Below are positions 58,334-64,000 of a DNA stretch of 64,000 nucleotides, in pieces. The stretch is taken from NCBI GenBank assembly GCA_050011565.1, contig JBEKIW010000003.1, positions 224,001 to 288,000 of the forward strand, in the 5' to 3' direction. A program made the position numbers and the translations under genes. A model generated the notes under the pieces. The model did not search any database. It saw nothing but the letters and a program-made list of their open reading frames with translations, and had not been told where the DNA came from. The DNA is from Dehalococcoidia bacterium (lineage in GTDB: Bacteria; Chloroflexota; Dehalococcoidia; GIF9; UBA5629). Every line of letters starts with the position of its first letter. Position 1 is the first letter of the stretch.

Positions 58334-59209
58334 TCACCACACAGTTTCACTTTTAGCTATTCCTTGCGGTCTAACAATCAGCATTATCAAAACGACTATT
58401 AAGGCCGACAGGCCCATAAATTGAGGCTGAGCTATAACAAAGCCTACAACTGAGTGACAAAAGCCTATTATATAGCTGGCTATAATGGTACCTTTGATGT
58501 TGCCCAGGCCGCCGAGTACACTTACTAAAATGGCGATTATCATATATCCCCAACCCATGGACGGTTCTACCGCCCAAATAGGAGCAATTGCCAGTGTAGC
58601 CAGTATCACAGGGATAAGCACCAGCACCATAATAAACATGAATACTCTCTCAACCTGTATGCCCATCAACCTGGCGCTATATATATCATAGGAAATAGCT
58701 CGCACAGCCAGGCCTAATTTAGTTTTTAAGAAGAAAAGGACAAATAGTCCCGTTACCACTATTCCCAGGATAGCCGCGAATATCAGTTGGTTTGATACGG
58801 TTACGTGGCCAATCTTACTCAGCCCCGGTACCACGGTTGTCTCGAGGTAGATTCCAGTTTGTATAGGGTAGAAACGCAGCGCGCCCTGCTCCAGAATAAT
58901 AGCCACGAATAGAAGCCCCAGTATAAGGATTTCCTCTTGTTTTATATAGCGCACGATTAGCCCCTTGTAGATGGCTATGGCGATGCCGGCCTGGATTACT
59001 AACATGGCAGCTATAGAAGGAACCAGGCCCCAGTGAAATAAAGACATGAACATCCAGGTGAAATAAATCGTGGCTGTAAATATGTACGCGTAGCCCAGGT
59101 GAAAGATTCTAAGTACGCCGCATATCAGGGAGAAACCTAACGAGACCAGAAGATAGAGGGAGCCCAACAGGAAGGTATAAATAAGGGTTGTTTCTATTGC
59201 AACCAGCAC
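58334..59209 (-). CDS. livH: ABC permease LivH-like
   Basis: LGFSLI.G, TKLGLAVRA, VLGGLG, RPQG. Confidence 0.87.
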   Translation of the reverse strand: MLVAIETTLIYTFLLGSLYLLVSLGFSLICGVLRIFHLGYAYIFTATIYFTWMFMSLFHWGLVPSIAAMLVIQAGIAIAIYKGLIVRYIKQEEILILGLLFVAIILEQGALRFYPIQTGIYLETTVVPGLSKIGHVTVSNQLIFAAILGIVVTGLFVLFFLKTKLGLAVRAISYDIYSARLMGIQVERVFMFIMVLVLIPVILATLAIAPIWAVEPSMGWGYMIIAILVSVLGGLGNIKGTIIASYIIGFCHSVVGFVIAQPQFMGLSALIVVLIMLIVRPQGIAKSETVW

Positions 59210-59476
59210 ATTAACTCGCTTTCACCAGCAATTTTCCTGTGCTAAAGCCGCTGAACGGAAATGATAACAGGGGATTAAGCTTATGTCAATGGTCGCATAA
59301 ATCAACGCATACCGCATTTTGCGGCATTTAGTGTAGATTAAACATTACGATGAAATGTAAAGCCCTCTTTGTATTCTACCTATCTCTCGGGTAAGACTAT
59401 TTCAGGGCATCTTGAATAGGATAGCCTTATGACAGTATGAGCTTTTCGTAGTAGCGCTCAGAGATAGGAATCAGGA

Positions 59477-59593
59477 TTATTTGCGTTTTCTGTTGCAGAA
59501 GGAAAATTCAATTTTCTTACCGTTATGCTTCTTGTTCTTCTTATTTACATTCTCTACAAAAGTCTTAAGGTCGACAGCAGGTTTCTTACTCAC
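59477..59593 (-). CDS. Putative 38-aa basic small protein
   Basis: GTG start, AAAGGA RBS, promoter TTGCCG-18-TACAAT; MSKKPAVDLKTFVENVNKKNKKHNGKKIEFSFCNRKRK. Confidence 0.4.
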   Translation of the reverse strand: MSKKPAVDLKTFVENVNKKNKKHNGKKIEFSFCNRKRK

Positions 59594-59713
59594 TGAAATT
59601 CATTTCCTTTACTTTTTATACTTCGAAACCGTATTGTATCATCCATTTGGATATCACGGCAACTGCGTACGGACAAACGTCAAAGATTACGGTAGGAGGG
59701 ACGAGAAAGTGGG

Positions 59714-60721
59714 CTATTTCTGCCTCTTGGTGGTAGAAACAAAAGGATGGCCTTTTCGTTCAAAATCAGGGACGTAATCTTCCGATGCTCCAATTTCCTG
59801 TATCCAACCATTTTCTATCCCTAAATCCGGTAGCAACTGGAGAACCATTTCATACTCAGCCGCTGAAATAGTTCGGGAAAGCAAAGGGATTTGTTGGGCC
59901 CGGTGCAGCGGTATGTACTGAGACATTATGCTAACTGTCACCGTGGAGGAAAGCTCCCGAGCTAGCCAGGTCAATGATTCATCGCTGCCCGCCAACCCGT
60001 TGGGCAGAATAAGGTGACGCACAATTAATCCCTGTTGTGCCAGGCCAAACTCATCCACTGTCAGGTCCCCAACCTGCCGGTACATTTCTTTAATAGCTTG
60101 GTGAGCGCGCTCTACATAATCCGGAGCATGCGAGAACTTCTTAGCCAGATCGTCAGAGGCATATCTTAAATCTGCCAGGTAAATACTTATTATACCGTCA
60201 AGCTCTCTTAGAGAAGCCACAGAATCATAGCTACTGGTATTGTAGACTAATGGCACTCTAAGCCCCATAGGCACGGCTTCCAGGACAGTGCGCACCAGTT
60301 GGGGAACAAAGTGAGAAGGCGAAACAAAATTAATATTGTGACAGCCCAGTTCATCCTGAAGGCAAAGGATGCGTTCCGCCAAAGCATGGCAATCTATCTG
60401 CTTTGACTGTTGCTTCTTCCAATTCTGACTTATCTGATAGTTCTGGCAATAAACACACCTCATATTGCAATTGCCAAAGAACACTGTACCTGACCCCTTT
60501 GTTCCCGAAATAGCCGGTTCTTCGCCATGATGAGCGCAGGCCGTTGAGACGATGGGAAGACGACCCGAGCGGCAGTAACCGAGTTCGCCTTCTAACCGAT
60601 TAATATGACATTCCCTGGGGCAGATATCACAGGAGGCTAACCGGGCTTCAAGGGCGTTAGCTCGCCGCTCCAATTCACCATTGTGGTACAGAGCAATATA
60701 ACCTGGTTCAATAGATACCAT
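59714..60721 (-). CDS. Radical SAM protein, PflX-like
   Basis: CDICPREC, HHGEEP, GSGTVFF..CNMRCVYCQN, VRHLILP. Confidence 0.92.
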   Translation of the reverse strand: MVSIEPGYIALYHNGELERRANALEARLASCDICPRECHINRLEGELGYCRSGRLPIVSTACAHHGEEPAISGTKGSGTVFFGNCNMRCVYCQNYQISQNWKKQQSKQIDCHALAERILCLQDELGCHNINFVSPSHFVPQLVRTVLEAVPMGLRVPLVYNTSSYDSVASLRELDGIISIYLADLRYASDDLAKKFSHAPDYVERAHQAIKEMYRQVGDLTVDEFGLAQQGLIVRHLILPNGLAGSDESLTWLARELSSTVTVSIMSQYIPLHRAQQIPLLSRTISAAEYEMVLQLLPDLGIENGWIQEIGASEDYVPDFERKGHPFVSTTKRQK

Positions 60722-60940
60722 AGACATCACTAACAATATTGACGCAAACCGCCAATAGACACTTTAGGTTCATGAAGGGCGCTTGTCAAGTAAGCTCAAA
60801 AGCACAATTTGGCTGACTGTTCAATTACGTTGCCCAGCCTACTAGACCCGGAAACCATGGTGATAGTTAATCACCGTCCCTGCCGAATCATGCAGATGCA
60901 GTCCAGGCATTTACCGTACTTCTAAGAAACTCATCACCCA

Positions 60941-60991
60941 TTGACATTGTATAGAATATCTAGTATAATACATCTAGAAGTAAAGTTCTAG
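60941..60991 (+). promoter_or_regulatory. Consensus promoter with an operator palindrome at the start site
   Basis: TTGACA-17-TATAAT (60941-60969) followed by CTAGAA-GTAAAG-TTCTAG (60974-60991). Confidence 0.65.
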
Positions 60992-61096
60992 TAGTATTTA
61001 TCCAGTAATGTTACACTTGAGATATTGCAAATAGGCCAGTAGTTTTGTCAATAGGATTTTGGGCGTTCAAATGTGAAGAAGGAGATTAATAAGTAA

Positions 61097-61420
61097 GTGA
61101 GAGAGTGGAGCCTGATTACAAATCATGGGCTTGTATTGGCTGCAATATCAAGGGATTCAAAGCAGACCATCAGAGAAATAGGTGATGCTGCTGGTATTAC
61201 GGAGCGAACGGCATACGGGATTGTTGTAGATCTCGAGAAGGCAGGATATATCAAGAGAACCAAGGTTGGTACGCGTAACATGTACACGATAAACCCTGAC
61301 ATGCCGCTCGTGAGTACACTGAGCGATGCTTCCGTGGGAGACCTGCTTGCATTGTTTGTTGGCAGGCAACACCGGAAAGGAACGAAGAGGATCAAGACCT
61401 TGCGAGAGGTCAATGTCTGA
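61097..61420 (+). CDS. Winged-HTH transcriptional regulator
   Basis: WSLITNHG.VL, REI...GITER, DLEKAGYI.R.KVG.RN.Y; AGGAG RBS. Confidence 0.88.
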   Translation: MREWSLITNHGLVLAAISRDSKQTIREIGDAAGITERTAYGIVVDLEKAGYIKRTKVGTRNMYTINPDMPLVSTLSDASVGDLLALFVGRQHRKGTKRIKTLREVNV

Positions 61421-61564
61421 CGTGGTATGCACCTTCTGAACACTGGTTCTTGACGAATCAGGGAATGGAATAGGCGTTACACTTCAAGCAATCCTGTAAG
61501 AAGGGGCAAAAGGAAAGTATGTTTGTGAAGGGCTTAATGCATTAACAAACCTGAGGAGCAATCT

Positions 61565-62410
61565 ATGAACGACTATGGATACACTATCAACAGTGCAACA
61601 TTGCCACGCGATGAAGAAAAATTCGTGGAAAGGAAGGAGATGAGATACCGATTGTCTCCTGTAGCAAATGGTATCAAGGTGAACGGTAAAATCATGCTGC
61701 CGGCGAACGCCAGTGCCTCTAATCTCGTCCCCGGTGCGGTTCTATGCCATGGTTTTGGCGCAGACCAGAACGTTATGGAATCCAGTGCTCTGCTTCTGGT
61801 CAAGAAGGGAATAGCGACCATCGTCTTTGATTTGCGCGGTCACGGTTCGAGCGAAGGTTGCCTCGATGGCAACTTTGAAACAGATGTAATCGATGCCTGG
61901 CGGCTGCTTACCAGTTTACGTGAAGTCGATAGTTCACGGGTTGCCCTCATCGGGCACAGTCTTGGTGCCCTCTCATCAATTCTGGCTGCAAAAATAGTGA
62001 AGCCAAAAGCGATAGTGGCCTTATCATGCCCCTATGATATAAATGGAAGGGGGCTTAAGGATCCTTCTCATAAGGTTTTCCCTTTGGTTAGGTGGGCGGT
62101 TACTGTTATTTGGAGGTTTGCCATATTGTTCACGGGCCAAAAAGTAAAAGTGAATTGGAAAAAGTTCCTTGAATCATGGTCGCAGGTGAAGCTGTCTTCA
62201 GCACTAGCGGAGCTTGGTGAATGTGACAAGCTCTTTGTTTTCAGCGAAGACGACAGGCTAACCCCGTACAAGAAGTTCGCCCAAATCTACGAGAAAGCCC
62301 CCGGGCCAAAGCAAAAAATGTTGACCAGAGGGTCTCATTCAACACCGGTCGAAGCGGAGATTCTTCGCTTCGAATGGGTTGGCTGGGTTGTCTCAGCTTT
62401 AACTGTCTGA
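61565..62410 (+). CDS. Alpha/beta hydrolase
   Basis: CHGF, FDLRGHG.S, GHSLG, D and H of the catalytic triad. Confidence 0.88.
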   Translation: MNDYGYTINSATLPRDEEKFVERKEMRYRLSPVANGIKVNGKIMLPANASASNLVPGAVLCHGFGADQNVMESSALLLVKKGIATIVFDLRGHGSSEGCLDGNFETDVIDAWRLLTSLREVDSSRVALIGHSLGALSSILAAKIVKPKAIVALSCPYDINGRGLKDPSHKVFPLVRWAVTVIWRFAILFTGQKVKVNWKKFLESWSQVKLSSALAELGECDKLFVFSEDDRLTPYKKFAQIYEKAPGPKQKMLTRGSHSTPVEAEILRFEWVGWVVSALTV

Positions 62411-62546
62411 AAGTCTGCTGACCTGATCCAATAATTACACCGCTTTCTAAGTTAGAGGCACTTATCGTTTCCGTGTCCGGCTGAATGAGTTCCTGGCTGC
62501 CTTCCCGCCAAAATAGCAAAGTGCTAGCCTGCAAGTATACCGATTG

Positions 62547-63542
62547 TCATTTCACTCGTAAGCAAGCTTTGACAGTATCTTTAAAAGCTTTTTGTAGATT
62601 CCCCCTACCATAGCCAAGTTCTTTAACTGCTGGTGATGGATCAAAAAATGTATTTCTTGTTTGAATTGCTGCAAACTTAACAGGATCAAGTCCACCTTCT
62701 TCACCACGAAGTTTGTGCCGCAATTTTATTATTCTCAGGATAAGTCGGACCACAAAGGTCGGTAGTATTATTATCTTCTTTTTCTTGCCAAGTATATTCA
62801 ATATTTTTTCTATGAATTCAACCCATGTAAGGTTTTCATCTCCAATTGTATAATGTTCTCCACCCCTTCCAGTTTCGATGGCTCCCACGATAGCTTGACC
62901 AACATGTTCAACAGCGATCATATTAGTCCCCCCTTTCATATAGAAAAGAGGGTAACGAGAATTGATATATTCTATTAGAGGTTTCCACAACGGTGTTCGA
63001 CCAGGCATGCTACCAAAAATATAGGGCAACTCGAGAATCACCAACTGAAGATCTGGCATAGCAGCGTCCATAGACCTCCGAGCTTGTTCCTTTCTGGATC
63101 TTATGTAAGAATGATATTCTGATAGCTTTTCATTTGGCCAAACACGATCGAAGTACAAGAAATATGAACTCAAAATAACACCACGCTTTATACCTGATTG
63201 GCGAGCAAGCGATATAATTCTCTCACAGGATCGAACATTAGCCTGATAGAAAAACTCATATGCTGGAGCTTTGGGGATAACCCGGTCATCGGCTCCAGCA
63301 GCGAAAACTATTGCGTCGTGACCTTTTAGGATATCCATGATGTTACTATCGTCTAGTTCATCGATATTTACCAGGACAACATTTACATCTTTTGGGAACA
63401 GGCCTTCTTCAGGCAATGGTGGGAGAGCGATTACGGTGACACTATGTTCTCGATAGATAAATTCTTTAACCGCGCAATATCCAAGGAAACCAGTCCCACC
63501 AATAACTACCACCTTTTGCTTTTGATGAGACTTTTCGACCAT
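62547..63542 (-). CDS. NAD-dependent epimerase/dehydratase
   Basis: IGGTGFLG, YIRSR, A..ELGY. Confidence 0.88.
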   Translation of the reverse strand: MVEKSHQKQKVVVIGGTGFLGYCAVKEFIYREHSVTVIALPPLPEEGLFPKDVNVVLVNIDELDDSNIMDILKGHDAIVFAAGADDRVIPKAPAYEFFYQANVRSCERIISLARQSGIKRGVILSSYFLYFDRVWPNEKLSEYHSYIRSRKEQARRSMDAAMPDLQLVILELPYIFGSMPGRTPLWKPLIEYINSRYPLFYMKGGTNMIAVEHVGQAIVGAIETGRGGEHYTIGDENLTWVEFIEKILNILGKKKKIIILPTFVVRLILRIIKLRHKLRGEEGGLDPVKFAAIQTRNTFFDPSPAVKELGYGRGNLQKAFKDTVKACLRVK

Positions 63543-63676
63543 ATGATTATCTCTTAAAAGTTATGGCTAACAGTATAACAGTGAAAGGTTTCTTAGATGA
63601 ATTACGAAGTAACAAAATGGTTGATTGTTCAACCTTTTGCATAGCAACAAGCTCGTAGTTGAGGCCGCATGTTTGA

Positions 63677-64000
63677 TTATCCTTCCTCATCACTACTATT
63701 GTTCTTCCACGGGCTTAATCTCGGGATCCATCGAGGCACATTATTCCTATAACGAAGGTATTCATCGCCAAAGCGTTTAACTAACCCCGGTTCTTCCGAA
63801 AGTATGAAATAAACATGATTTGTAACAAAACACAAGATAAACCAACTCAATATTGCGATAGAACCGAACACAATCGATTCTCCAAGTAGCGCAATTAACA
63901 CGCCTGAAATCATCGGGTTTCGAACGTAGCGATATGGCCCGATAACCACAAGTTTCTTTGTCGGTGCCCACGGAGCCAGGGTTCCTTTACCGACCTTCAT
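63677..64000 (-). CDS. Isoprenylcysteine carboxyl methyltransferase family protein, probably 5'-partial
   Basis: LVVIGPYRYVRNPM, EE..L..RFG..Y..Y...VPRW. Confidence 0.88.
   Translation of the reverse strand: MKVGKGTLAPWAPTKKLVVIGPYRYVRNPMISGVLIALLGESIVFGSIAILSWFILCFVTNHVYFILSEEPGLVKRFGDEYLRYRNNVPRWIPRLSPWKNNSSDEEG

Noticed and set aside
59481-59777. 98-aa Phe/Leu-rich ORF on +
   Set aside because: Likely the antisense shadow of the Lys-rich small ORF and the end of the radical SAM gene; no RBS.
358-62534. Many 60-190-aa ORFs antisense to or nested in recognised genes
   Set aside because: They have no motifs or RBS and are fully explained as shadows of well-supported CDSs.
1-64000. tRNA, rRNA, tmRNA or SRP RNA genes
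   Set aside because: No cloverleaf or other signature was seen in intergenic regions by eye; a tRNAscan/Infernal run is needed to exclude them fully.

Overview
A 64-kb stretch of bacterial chromosome, most likely from an anaerobic Dehalococcoidia (Chloroflexota). This is inferred from the bifunctional FBP aldolase/phosphatase, CetZ-like tubulins, a stand-alone dnaN, the pyrG-fsa-rho and rplU-rpmA-rpmE blocks, and many Ig-fold lipoproteins. Most of the window is housekeeping and anaerobic acyl-CoA metabolism: two acyl-CoA dehydrogenases, a B12 acyl-CoA mutase with isobutyryl-CoA-mutase-type residues, a carboxyltransferase, an AOR, a family-III CoA-transferase pair with a branched-chain-type ABC transporter, moaAC and an AmmeMemoRadiSam trio. 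Three things stand out. (1) An orphan DNA-packaging operon (an unannotated 49-aa ORF, a TerS-like gene and TerL) has no integrase, portal or capsid nearby and sits behind a promoter overlapped by a LexA-type box. It is a candidate domesticated, SOS-inducible, GTA-like packaging module, and its TerL start carries a 1-nt frameshift. (2) There are two CetZ-like tubulin paralogues; one has a degenerate GTP pocket but an identical T7 catalytic loop. (3) A precisely bounded 2773-bp IS1-family transporter IS (16-bp TIRs, 8-bp TSD) carries a three-gene toxin-antitoxin-like cassette. Several REP-like and heptamer repeat families fill the intergenic regions. No rRNA, tRNA or CRISPR array was seen. All calls come from reading motifs by eye; no database search was run.
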